A program made the translations under genes and the position numbers. Of a DNA stretch of 64,000 bases, positions 38,225 to 47,210 are shown one piece after another; the first letter of the stretch is position 1, and every line of letters starts with the position of its first letter. The notes below the pieces were generated by a model. It made no database searches. It was given only the letters and a program-made list of their open reading frames with translations, and was not told the origin of the DNA. Source of the stretch: Actinomycetota bacterium (GTDB lineage: Bacteria; Actinomycetota; CADDZG01; WHSQ01); contig DASZDG010000103.1 in NCBI GenBank assembly GCA_035942255.1, forward strand, positions 15,540 through 79,539, read 5' to 3'.

Positions 38225-38457
38225 GTGAGACCTCCCGGAGCCCTCAAGCGCTGGAACACGGCCTCTTCGATCCGCTCGAGCTCCTCCGACGCGATCTCCC
38301 CGCGGCGGCACGCCTCTTCCGCCTCGTGGAGGCGCGCCCTCAGGGCGCGCGGGGCGTCGAGCTCGTTCGCTGCCATGTCCTCGAGCAACCGCGCCAGCCA
38401 GACCATGCCCTGCAGCGGCAGGAGCGGGAGCAGGAGGACGTTGGCGACCACGCCCAT
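38221..38457 (-). CDS. gvpG: gas vesicle protein G
   Basis: [32 protein letters not shown]... ATGA overlap with the gvpF stop. It is the 3' end of a longer spurious listed ORF. Confidence 0.7.
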   Translation of the reverse strand: MGVVANVLLLPLLPLQGMVWLARLLEDMAANELDAPRALRARLHEAEEACRRGEIASEELERIEEAVFQRLRAPGGLT

Positions 38458-39197
38458 CACGATGTCACCAGCGCGCCGGCGTCGACGAAGCTGTACGGAG
38501 GAAGGGAGCCCACCGCGCGCAGCGCCGCCCGGTCCGACAGCGCCTCTGCGGCGCGGGCGGCCGCGGTGTCGAACTCCGGCAGGTCCGTCCGCGCCACCAG
38601 GAAGGCCGCGTCGACCAGCCCGTACTCGCCCGCCGCATCTCCCACGGCGACGTCCTGCGCGTGCGGCGACAGCGCGTCCACGATCGCGCGCGCGTCGGAG
38701 TACCGCTGCCGGTCGAGCGCCTGCGCGAAGCGGTGGCCGAGGTCGATCATGCCGTCGACGTCGCCGCGGTCGCGCGCCCGCCGTTGCAGGCGCGCGATCG
38801 CGGGATCCGACGCGGCGACCGCGCGCGCCACGGCCTCTTCGTCGTACTCGCCCTTCACCTGGACCTCGACGAGCCCATGGGTTCGCCGGAGCATCCGGAC
38901 GAGCTCGTCGTGGTTCGGGCGGAGGAAGCCGGCGGACAGCTCTTCCACGGAGGTGAACAGGGTGCCGAACCCCACCGGCAGCACGTCGTGCGCGCCCACG
39001 ATCTCCTGCAACACGTCGGAGTGAGCCATGAGGTCTGCTCGTCCCGCGACGAAGTCCGCCGGGACGGCCGCCGTGACGGCCGCGACCTCCCCTTCGGCGA
39101 GGAGGGTCGTGTCCGCACCGGCCACGCCGCGGCAACGGACGGCCCGTGGCATGTCGGACGTCGAGACGATCCCGTAGAGGTAGAGGGCCGTCGTCAC
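38457..39197 (-). CDS. gvpF: GvpF/GvpL family gas vesicle protein
   Basis: ALYLYGIV...[10 protein letters not shown]... GTGA overlap with the gvpA stop. Only the last 246 codons of listed ORF 38457-40556 belong to it. Confidence 0.8.
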   Translation of the reverse strand: MTTALYLYGIVSTSDMPRAVRCRGVAGADTTLLAEGEVAAVTAAVPADFVAGRADLMAHSDVLQEIVGAHDVLPVGFGTLFTSVEELSAGFLRPNHDELVRMLRRTHGLVEVQVKGEYDEEAVARAVAASDPAIARLQRRARDRGDVDGMIDLGHRFAQALDRQRYSDARAIVDALSPHAQDVAVGDAAGEYGLVDAAFLVARTDLPEFDTAAARAAEALSDRAALRAVGSLPPYSFVDAGALVTS

Positions 39198-39586
39198 GAC
39201 CTGGCCTCCGCGTGCTCCCTGTCGCCGTCGCTGTTCTCGCTGCCCTTGCCTGGGAGCTTGTCGCGCAGGCCCTCGAGCGCGCCCTTCGTCGCGTGCTTCG
39301 CGCTCTTCTCGCCTGCGCCGGAGACGAGGTCGCCGAGCGTCTGCGAGTTGTTGACCTGGAGGAGGTCGAGCCGGTTCACGGCCTCCGCGAACCTGAGGTA
39401 GGTGTCGACGCTGGCTACGACCACCCGGGCGTCGATCGTGAGCAGCTCGATGCCGACGAGGGAGACGCGCACGAACGCGTCGATCACGAGGCCCTTGTCG
39501 AGTAGCACGTCGAGGACGTCGGCGAGCCCGCTCGGCCCCCCGCGACTCAGAGACTGTTGCGCGGCATACCGTTGCGCCATCGCCAT
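39194..39586 (-). CDS. gvpA: gas vesicle structural protein GvpA (copy 2) with charged C-terminal tail
   Basis: [50 protein letters not shown]. Confidence 0.9.
   Translation of the reverse strand: MAMAQRYAAQQSLSRGGPSGLADVLDVLLDKGLVIDAFVRVSLVGIELLTIDARVVVASVDTYLRFAEAVNRLDLLQVNNSQTLGDLVSGAGEKSAKHATKGALEGLRDKLPGKGSENSDGDREHAEARS
39323..39544 (-). repeat. 222-nt gvpA core, paralogous to 40118-40339
   Basis: Hand alignment gives 11 nucleotide differences in 222 nt, all synonymous. Confidence 0.85.
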
Positions 39587-39892
39587 CTACTTCACCCCCC
39601 GCGCCCCGCGCAGCGACGCCCACAGCGCGCTGACCCCGAGGAACCCGTACGCGGCGCGGCCGGGCACCGACTTCTTCTTCGCAACGGCCTGCACGAGGTC
39701 GAAGTTGAAGAGGCTCACCGAGATCCAGTTGGCGAAACCCAGCAGCAACGCGGCCGCGGTGAGGGAATCGACCTTGTTCGGCTTCTTCGACGTCGTGAGC
39801 TTCTTCGCGGTGCCGGCCGCGCCGCTCTTGACCGCGGCCCCCGCGTCGGCGACGCGGTCCGTCATTCCTTTCCTGCGTCCGAGCATCTGCAT
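39587..39892 (-). CDS. DUF378-like small membrane protein
   Basis: GGAGGA SD. GFANWISVSLFNFDLVQAV...AAYGFLGVSALWASL resembles the DUF378 two-helix pattern (NWGLVGLF.FDLV...YxLVGLSAL). Confidence 0.55.
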   Translation of the reverse strand: MQMLGRRKGMTDRVADAGAAVKSGAAGTAKKLTTSKKPNKVDSLTAAALLLGFANWISVSLFNFDLVQAVAKKKSVPGRAAYGFLGVSALWASLRGARGVK

Positions 39893-39901
39893 CCTCCTCG
39901 G

Positions 39902-40390
39902 CTAGAAGACCTGACCTCGTTCCTTGATGCGGGTGAGAAGCCCTTTGTCGTCGTCGACGCCGTCGTCGTTCTCGTGCGGGGGGTTCTCGGGGGCCGCGGG
40001 CTCGTCGCGCTGTTGCGCATGACCGTCGCCGGAGGGTTCCTCCTTCGCCGGCTCGGGCTCCGCGCGGGACGAGAGCGCGCTGGGGGCCGAGTCGCCGTTC
40101 TCTTTCTTCGGAGCGCCGACGAGGTCCCCGAGCGTCTGCGAGTTGTTCACCTGCAGGAGGTCTAGGCGGTTCACGGCCTCCGCGAACCTGAGGTAGGTGT
40201 CGACGCTTGCGACGACCACCCGGGCGTCGATCGTGAGCAGCTCGATGCCGACGAGGGAGACGCGCACGAAGGCGTCGATCACGAGGCCCTTGTCGAGGAG
40301 GACGTCGAGCACGTCGGCGAGCCCGCTCGGCCCCCCGCGGCCCATGCCCTGCTGAGCGAGGTGGACCTGCTGCCGTTGAGCGAGAGCCAT
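39902..40390 (-). CDS. gvpA: gas vesicle structural protein GvpA (copy 1) with long acidic C-terminal tail
   Basis: Same 74-aa core as copy 2. ATG 40390 is preceded by GGAAGGAGGG. The listed ORF start 40477 is rejected. Confidence 0.9.
   Translation of the reverse strand: MALAQRQQVHLAQQGMGRGGPSGLADVLDVLLDKGLVIDAFVRVSLVGIELLTIDARVVVASVDTYLRFAEAVNRLDLLQVNNSQTLGDLVGAPKKENGDSAPSALSSRAEPEPAKEEPSGDGHAQQRDEPAAPENPPHENDDGVDDDKGLLTRIKERGQVF
40118..40339 (-). repeat. 222-nt gvpA core, paralogous to 39323-39544
   Basis: See the partner entry. Confidence 0.85.
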
Positions 40391-40573
40391 CGGTCCCTCC
40401 TTCCGGTCGCGGTCGGATCGTGGGCGTCTGTACCCGGTGCGTAGTCGGACAAACACGGTCAGCGACAGAAACTTCACGCCCCGTATCTGACCGGTTTCGG
40501 TCCGCAGTTAGTGGGTACGCCGCGTGGCAGATCGGATGCGTACGGTGTCCGGCCACCCGAAGGGAGGACCCAC

Positions 40574-40723
40574 ATGGCGAACGACACCCAGCAGCGGGCG
40601 ATGCAGTTCGTGGACCTGATGCTCGAGCGCGTCGAGATGACGAAGTACCCGAGCAAGGACCTCCTCGACAGGATCGAGCGGGCGCTGGTGCTCTTCTGGG
40701 AGGAGGAGCAGGCGAGGGCCTGA
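40574..40723 (+). CDS. small hypothetical protein divergent from the gvp operon
   Basis: GGGAGGA lies 6 nt upstream of the ATG. 49 aa, helical-looking (QRAMQFVDLMLERVEMTKYPSKDLLDRIERAL). Confidence 0.35.
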   Translation: MANDTQQRAMQFVDLMLERVEMTKYPSKDLLDRIERALVLFWEEEQARA

Positions 40724-40762
40724 GGCGGCGCGCCCGCTAGCCGGGCGGGAGGTCGATTCCTC

Positions 40763-40768
40763 TATAAT
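40763..40768 (+). promoter_or_regulatory. -10 element (TATAAT) of the tRNA-Gly promoter
   Basis: A perfect TATAAT ends 10 nt before the first tRNA base. Confidence 0.5.
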
Positions 40769-40778
40769 GGGGCGCGTT

Positions 40779-40850
40779 GCGGGCGTGGCTCAGTGGTAGA
40801 GCATCACCTTGCCAAGGTGAGGGTCGCCAGTTCGAATCTGGTCGCCCGCT
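40779..40850 (+). tRNA. tRNA-Gly (anticodon GCC), CCA not encoded
   Basis: Folded by hand into a cloverleaf: acceptor GCGGGCG/CGCCCGC, D arm GCTC-AGTGGTA-GAGC, anticodon arm TCACC-TTGCCAA-GGTGA and T arm GCCAG-TTCGAAT-CTGGT. Discriminator is U. Confidence 0.95.
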
Positions 40851-40855
40851 CGGTA
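40809..40855 (+). repeat. att core, left copy (3' 42 nt of tRNA-Gly plus 5 nt)
   Basis: Identical over 47 bp to 60012-60058. Confidence 0.9.
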
Positions 40856-40868
40856 AAGAAGCGCAGGT

Positions 40869-40890
40869 CAGGGGCCCTTTCGGGCCCCTG
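40869..40890 (+). terminator. hairpin downstream of tRNA-Gly
   Basis: CAGGGGCCC tttc GGGCCCCTG, a 9-bp stem. A diverged copy follows the second att core near 60072. Confidence 0.55.
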
Positions 40891-40921
40891 CTTCGCGTCA
40901 AGCCGAAGCTCGAAAACCCCT

Positions 40922-40942
40922 TTTGGGCCCGCATTTGGGCCA
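40922..40942 (+). repeat. paired TTTGGGCC(C/A) motifs, possible arm-type recombinase sites
   Basis: TTTGGGCCC at 40922-40930 and TTTGGGCCA at 40934-40942. Equivalent pairs are at 59881-59900 and 60124-60142. Confidence 0.4.
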
Positions 40943-41130
40943 CGGGTGTTCATTTTCCACGGTCCCAGATAGCCGGGTCGCTCGGCTGCGTTCGCGACGA
41001 AAAGTTTCACCGCCGACGCATACGTTCCCGCCGGTCTAGCGCGGGCAACCACCCGCCGAACCGCGAGGCGCCCCCGAGGTCGCCGACCGAGACGGAACCC
41101 GGGGGACGTATTCCGAAGGAGAGCGCCCCG

Positions 41131-41424
41131 ATGAAACTGGTTCGGCCGCGCGTAGGCGCGGTGCTGCGGCGGGTTCTCGGTCACCCCCACCGTCGCTCCC
41201 GACTCCGACTCAGGACGGGCGTGAAGTGCCCTCGATGCCACGAGCTCTTCCGAACTACGGTCGACAGGAGCGGGCGCATCGCTCTCGTCTGTGACAGGTG
41301 CCGAGGCCACGCGATCAACGTCGTGAATCACGCAGCTGAAAGGATTGCAGCCCCCTCGTCCGTGCCGCGACGGTTCCCGTCCTCGGGTAGGAACCGTCCG
41401 CCCCCATGGGTGCTCCGGGGATAG
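41131..41424 (+). CDS. small zinc-ribbon protein (hypothetical)
   Basis: AAGGAG lies 8 nt upstream of the ATG. CPRC-x17-CDRC. Codon bias is weaker than in neighbouring genes. Confidence 0.35.
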   Translation: MKLVRPRVGAVLRRVLGHPHRRSRLRLRTGVKCPRCHELFRTTVDRSGRIALVCDRCRGHAINVVNHAAERIAAPSSVPRRFPSSGRNRPPPWVLRG

Positions 41425-41458
41425 ACCAGAGGTCACATAGTGGGCGAGGTCGCGGGCC

Positions 41459-42697
41459 TCACGATGCTCGGGTGCGCGGCACCGTCTCGACCCGGATGAG
41501 GGCAGCGGCGCGCTCGGCGACCGCCGCGGATTCTCGTCCGCTCTCGCCGGACGTGATCACGTGGCCGATGAGGTCACCGTCCGAGGTCGGGCGCGCGACC
41601 TCGGCTCCGGGCTCCACCCACAGCTGCAGGTCCTCAACGCCCGGCACAGCCGCAGCTTCCTCGGCGCCGACGATCGCCTCGACGACGCCGTCCTCTTCGA
41701 CCCAGAGGTCGCGCATCGTGCTCGCGCGGCGAGCGCGCGGCGGCGCAACCGTGGACTCGCCGAGATAGCGCCCCAAGACGTACGCGATCGAGTCCGAGCC
41801 CGACGCGTGATCGAGACAGAGGTGGGCCCGCCCGCCGATCAGCCGAGGGTTCAGCTCGACCAGTCGCGGTCCGTCGCCCGTCGTGATCAGCTCGAGGTGG
41901 AACGCGCCGAAGTCGTAGCCGGCCGCCTTTGTCACCAGCCGCACGAAGTCGTCCGCCGCGGCGCAGGGGCGGTCTGCCGAGAACGTCGACCGCACCTCCA
42001 CGAAGTACGGGTACCCCGCGAGCACGCGGTCGGAGTACCCCCAGATCTCGACCTCGTCACCGTCGACGAAACCTTCAGCGCTCGTCAACGGCCCCCGGAG
42101 CTCCTCCTCCAGGAGCAAGACGTGCTTCGGCTCCACCCGGCCCCCATAGAGCGCGCGCTCCCGGTGAGCGCGGACCGCTTCCTCCAGCTCTCGGTCGTCG
42201 GCCACGCGCACCACGTCCCAGCTTGCAAGGCCGTCGACCGGCTTGACGACGCACGGGAAGCCGATCGGCGACGTGGGTGCGCGCTCGTCCGCGGGGACGA
42301 CCGCCCACTTCGGATTGGGGATCCCCGCCCCGTCGAGAGCGCGCCGCACCGCGGACTTGTCGCGGGCGAGCGCCGGCGCGTCCGGCGTTGCTGCGCGCAG
42401 ACCGAGGAGCCGTCCAGCCTCGCTCGTGGCGCGGCCGGTGAAGAGGTCGCTGAACGTAAGCAGACCGCGGGCGTCGGTGCCGTCGGCCGCCGCCGCCATC
42501 GCCGCAGCGGAATGCGTGTCGCAACGCCTCCACTCGTCGACGAGCTCGTGTACCCGGGCGGGATAGTTCGCCGGGTTCGCAGACAGGACGACATTCCGGT
42601 AGCCGAGCTCGCGACTCAGACGGAGCCCCTCGGACCCCGGGCTCGGGACGTCGGGCCCCGCCGGGCTGAGGTGGACCTCTACGAAGAGGACGTCCAC
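41459..42697 (-). CDS. ATP-grasp domain ligase
   Basis: FPCVVKPVDGLASWDV, LLLEEELRG and FHLELITTGDGPRLVELNPRLIGG are typical ATP-grasp segments. Confidence 0.8.
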   Translation of the reverse strand: MDVLFVEVHLSPAGPDVPSPGSEGLRLSRELGYRNVVLSANPANYPARVHELVDEWRRCDTHSAAAMAAAADGTDARGLLTFSDLFTGRATSEAGRLLGLRAATPDAPALARDKSAVRRALDGAGIPNPKWAVVPADERAPTSPIGFPCVVKPVDGLASWDVVRVADDRELEEAVRAHRERALYGGRVEPKHVLLLEEELRGPLTSAEGFVDGDEVEIWGYSDRVLAGYPYFVEVRSTFSADRPCAAADDFVRLVTKAAGYDFGAFHLELITTGDGPRLVELNPRLIGGRAHLCLDHASGSDSIAYVLGRYLGESTVAPPRARRASTMRDLWVEEDGVVEAIVGAEEAAAVPGVEDLQLWVEPGAEVARPTSDGDLIGHVITSGESGRESAAVAERAAALIRVETVPRTRAS

Positions 42698-43873
42698 GCG
42701 GGCTCCGTGCGGGGCATGGCTCGTTGCGCGTCGTCGATTGCTGCCAGGAGGGGCGGGTACGTGTTGGCCTCGCGCAGAGCGTCGAATCTCGCCCTAGCGG
42801 CATCGTCGAGCCTCCGCCTGAAAAGTCCCTCGCCCTCTTCCAGAAACACCGCGGACCACAGCGGGAACAGGCGGCCGCCGCGGGTCACTTTCGCCTCGAA
42901 CGCCTCTGTGCCCAGATGGACTTGCTCGAGGTCGTTCTCGATCGCGTACTGCAGGGGCGCGTAGAGGACGAGTGGGAAGTACGCGCCACGGACCGAGGGG
43001 TCGTCGTAGTCGAAACCCGCCGACCTCAGGAAGAGGTGACGGCCCCACCGGTACGCGAGGCAGTAGCCGATCACCGCGTCGTCGTTGTTCAACACGAACG
43101 CGACGCTGTGCCGGTTCGCTTCCTCGGACGCGAGCCGGAGGCTCTTCTCGAGAGCGCCTTCGTCGGCCGCGCTCCCGTAACGCCTCTGGACGTTGGCGAG
43201 AAGACGCGCCATGACGTTCTCGAGACCCGCTTGTCGCGTCGGCTCGATGGATAGGCCCGAGCGTTCGAAGCGTCCGATCTCACGCTTAATAGCGTTGCGA
43301 CGATCGCGGGAGAACGATCCGAGATATTCGTCAAAGGTCCTCCACTGCACCGCGAGCCGGGCCTCGAAGGTCTCCAGGTAGACGACGTAACCCCTCGGCG
43401 TCAGGACGGGCGACGCTTCCGCGGCCGCGCCGTCGGTCAGGTACATGAGTCCACAGCCGCGAGCGCCCCAGCGGCGCGCCTGCCGCTCCATCTCCTCGAC
43501 GATTCGCGTGGCGACTTCCCCTCGCGCGGCCGGAAGGGCGTCCGGGAGTAGGAGCTGGGAGCGGAAGCCGAGCCTTCCACCCCCCAGCACGAAGGGATGC
43601 AGTGGCTCTTCGACCGGCCCGCCGAGGACGCCGGCCAGGGATTCGGATGGGTCGTAGGGGGACGGCGAGGGTGCGGCCGCGAGGTAGAGGGGGAGACCGC
43701 CGGCGAACTCGTCGTCGACGACGGCCTCCACGCAGGCTTCAGGCCCACTCCATCCGCGGCCCATCGCACGCAGCCACGCGTGTGACGAGTAGAAGCCGTC
43801 GGGCGGAACGAGGCCGTCCCATTGCCCTGCCGGGACGTCGAGGATCGAGGGCGCGACGCGCGTCTCGACGCGG

Positions 43874-43887
<14 letters not shown>
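42679..43887 (-). CDS. FemAB-like / DUF482-type GNAT-fold acyltransferase
   Basis: WDGLVPPDGFYSSHAWLRAM...LYLAAAP...FDEYLGSFSRDRRNAIKRE...YCLAYRWGRHLFLRSAGFDYD...YAIENDLEQVHLGT. The GTG at 43887 is chosen, and the His-Arg repeat N-terminus of the listed ORF is rejected. Confidence 0.6.
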
Positions 43888-45232
<1,345 letters not shown>

Positions 45233-45359
45233 CTCCGCCTGTACCCCCGATGCCGCGTCATCCGTCCCCCTCTTGCGACGCCACCGGCGAGCGTAACCGC
45301 TCCTTCTTTCGCGGCCCGGGCGTGGAGTTACCCTGACGCGCCCCGACGCAGGCGTCCCC

Positions 45360-46571
45360 GTGGGAGGGCCAGGGATCGTGAGATTGGCGGAGATCCGGTC
45401 GCTCGTCCGGGTCGTCGCGCCCCGTCCAGGAGGCGCGGCGCGCCTGACCCGGATCGTCTCGATCGAAGATCTCAGGCGCGCCGCGCGCCGGTCCGTCCCG
45501 CGCGCGGTCTTCGACTCGATCGACGGCGGTGCGGAGGGGGAAGTCACGCTCCGCAGGAACGTGGCCGCGTTCGAGCGTCTCGAGCTTCTCCCTCGAATCC
45601 TGCGGGACGTCAGCGACGTCGACACGCGGACGACGCTGCTGGGGACGCCCTCCGCGGTTCCGTTCGCGCTCGGGCCCGCGGGATACACACGGGTTGCGGA
45701 CCCGTCGGGGGGCGAGCTCGCCGTAGCCCGCGCCGCGGCGAAGGCGGAGATCCCGTACTGCCTGTCCACGGTGTCCTCGACTTCGATCGAGCAGACCGCG
45801 GCGGCCGGAGACCGGATGTGGTTCCAGCTCTACGTCCAGGAGGACCGTGGCGTCACGAGGGAGCTCGTCGCCCGCGCCCGGGAGGCGGGCTACCGCGCGC
45901 TCCTCGTGACCGTCGACGCACTCGTCACGGGGGGTCGCGAGCGCGACAGGCACAACGCGTTCACGATCCCGCCTACGGTCGGCCCGCGGTCTCTCGTCGA
46001 CGCGGCGTTCCATCCGCGGTGGTGGTGGCGGTTCGTGACGAGTCCACCGGTGACGTTCGCCAACCTGGGAGATGAGGCTGCGGTTCCCGGCGTGCTGCGC
46101 GGGGTCGGTGTGTCGCCGTGGATGGTCTGGTCGGACCTCGAATGGATCGTCGACGAGTGGGACGGCCCTATTGCGCTCAAGGGCGTGATGGCCGCAGCCG
46201 ACGCCGAGCGGGCGGCCGAAGCGGGGGTCTCCGTCATCGTCTCGAACCACGGTGGGCGGCAGCTCGACCACGTCCCGGCCACCATCGAGGTGCTTCCCGA
46301 GATAGTCGACGCCGTGGGCGGACGCGTCGACGTCTATCTCGACTCGGGAATCCGCCGCGGGACCGACGTCGTCAAGGCCCTCGCGCTCGGCGCGAAGGGC
46401 GTATTGGTCGTGAGGCCCTACCTCTACGGCCTCGCGGCGGAAGGCGAGAGCGGAGCGGCGCACGCGATCGCGTTGCTCGCGGCAGAGCTGCGACGTGCGA
46501 TGGCGCACCTCGGGGCCACGAGGCTCGACGATCTCTCGCCGGAGATGGTGCGGCCCCGGGCGACCCGGTGA
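45360..46571 (+). CDS. FMN-dependent alpha-hydroxy acid oxidase/dehydrogenase (LldD / hydroxymandelate oxidase family)
   Basis: FDSIDGGAEGEVTLRRN, WFQLY and VSNHGGRQLD motifs. Confidence 0.85.
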   Translation: MGGPGIVRLAEIRSLVRVVAPRPGGAARLTRIVSIEDLRRAARRSVPRAVFDSIDGGAEGEVTLRRNVAAFERLELLPRILRDVSDVDTRTTLLGTPSAVPFALGPAGYTRVADPSGGELAVARAAAKAEIPYCLSTVSSTSIEQTAAAGDRMWFQLYVQEDRGVTRELVARAREAGYRALLVTVDALVTGGRERDRHNAFTIPPTVGPRSLVDAAFHPRWWWRFVTSPPVTFANLGDEAAVPGVLRGVGVSPWMVWSDLEWIVDEWDGPIALKGVMAAADAERAAEAGVSVIVSNHGGRQLDHVPATIEVLPEIVDAVGGRVDVYLDSGIRRGTDVVKALALGAKGVLVVRPYLYGLAAEGESGAAHAIALLAAELRRAMAHLGATRLDDLSPEMVRPRATR

Positions 46572-46582
46572 GGGGACGCCGG

Positions 46583-46879
46583 CTACGCTGGCGGTGACCC
46601 CGTCATCGCGTCGATCGCGGCCGCCGCCTCGGCGACCGTCGGGTTCTCGAAGAAGAAGCTCAAGCCGAGGTCGGCGCCGAGAGCCTCGCGGATCTGCCCG
46701 GCGATCTGCGCGGCCTTCAGCGAGTCCCCGCCGGTCTCGAAGAAGTCGTCGTGGAGGCCGACCTCGGTCCCGAAGGCAGTCGACCAGGCCGCGGCTACCG
46801 CTCCTTGGGTCGACGACGCGGCGCCGTTCCCGCCGCCGCGTGATGCGTCGTCCACCTGAACCTCCGTTCGTCCGTCCAC
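46583..46879 (-). CDS. free-standing acyl/peptidyl carrier protein
   Basis: Phosphopantetheine attachment motif FFETGGDSLKAAQI. Confidence 0.75.
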   Translation of the reverse strand: MDGRTEVQVDDASRGGGNGAASSTQGAVAAAWSTAFGTEVGLHDDFFETGGDSLKAAQIAGQIREALGADLGLSFFFENPTVAEAAAAIDAMTGSPPA

Positions 46880-47033
46880 CCTTGGCCCCGTAGCGAAGTC
46901 TAGCCCTCAAGGCACACGGGATCCCGCGGAGCGCGCGCCGTCTACAAGGGCGCGAAAAAGTCTCGAACGCCCGGTCCGGCGGGCCGTTTTGGGCCATTCG
47001 GTGTCACGGACTTGCCCACGGACATCACTCCAG

Positions 47034-47063
47034 TTGACACCGCGAGTTCGGATGCCGGATACT
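47034..47063 (+). promoter_or_regulatory. sigma-70-type promoter (TTGACA-18 nt-GATACT)
   Basis: A perfect -35 hexamer at 47034-47039 and an A2/T6-containing -10 at 47058-47063, in a locally lower-GC spacer. Confidence 0.5.
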
Positions 47064-47096
47064 TGATTGGATAGGCGTCGAACAGGAGGTGGGGGC

Positions 47097-47174
47097 ATGT
47101 CCGCAGCTGTGTTGACCGAGTCCGCGGTCCGTCCGATGGAGAGCGCGATCCTCATGGAGTCCGCGGTCCTCTAA
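47097..47174 (+). CDS. 25-codon ORF MSAAVLTESAVRPMESAILMESAVL: candidate RiPP precursor peptide or regulatory uORF
   Basis: AGGAGG at 47084-47089 lies 7 nt before the ATG. 21 of 24 sense codons after the ATG end in G/C. The peptide has a triplicated ESA(V/I) motif. It is below the 60-aa cut-off of the ORF track. Confidence 0.45.
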   Translation: MSAAVLTESAVRPMESAILMESAVL

Positions 47175-47190
47175 TCGTCTCGGCGTAGAC

Positions 47191-47210
47191 CGTCTGCCTG
47201 ATGGCAGACG
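47191..47210 (+). promoter_or_regulatory. hairpin sequestering the methyltransferase start codon
   Basis: CGTCTGCC tgat GGCAGACG. ATG 47201-47203 spans the loop/stem junction. Confidence 0.5.

Noticed and set aside
38457-40556. 699-aa ORF that would fuse gvpF with everything upstream.
   Set aside because: Only the last 246 codons read as GvpF. The upstream part is an out-of-frame reading through the gvpA, DUF378 and gvpA genes (Arg/Pro/Gly-rich). A GTG with a GTGA overlap to the gvpA stop gives a normal GvpF.
40804-41436. 210-aa minus-strand ORF overlapping the tRNA and the island's left end, considered as a possible integrase.
   Set aside because: It reads antisense through the tRNA gene and has no recombinase motifs (no R..HxxR..Y pattern). 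Its composition is atypical for coding sequence.
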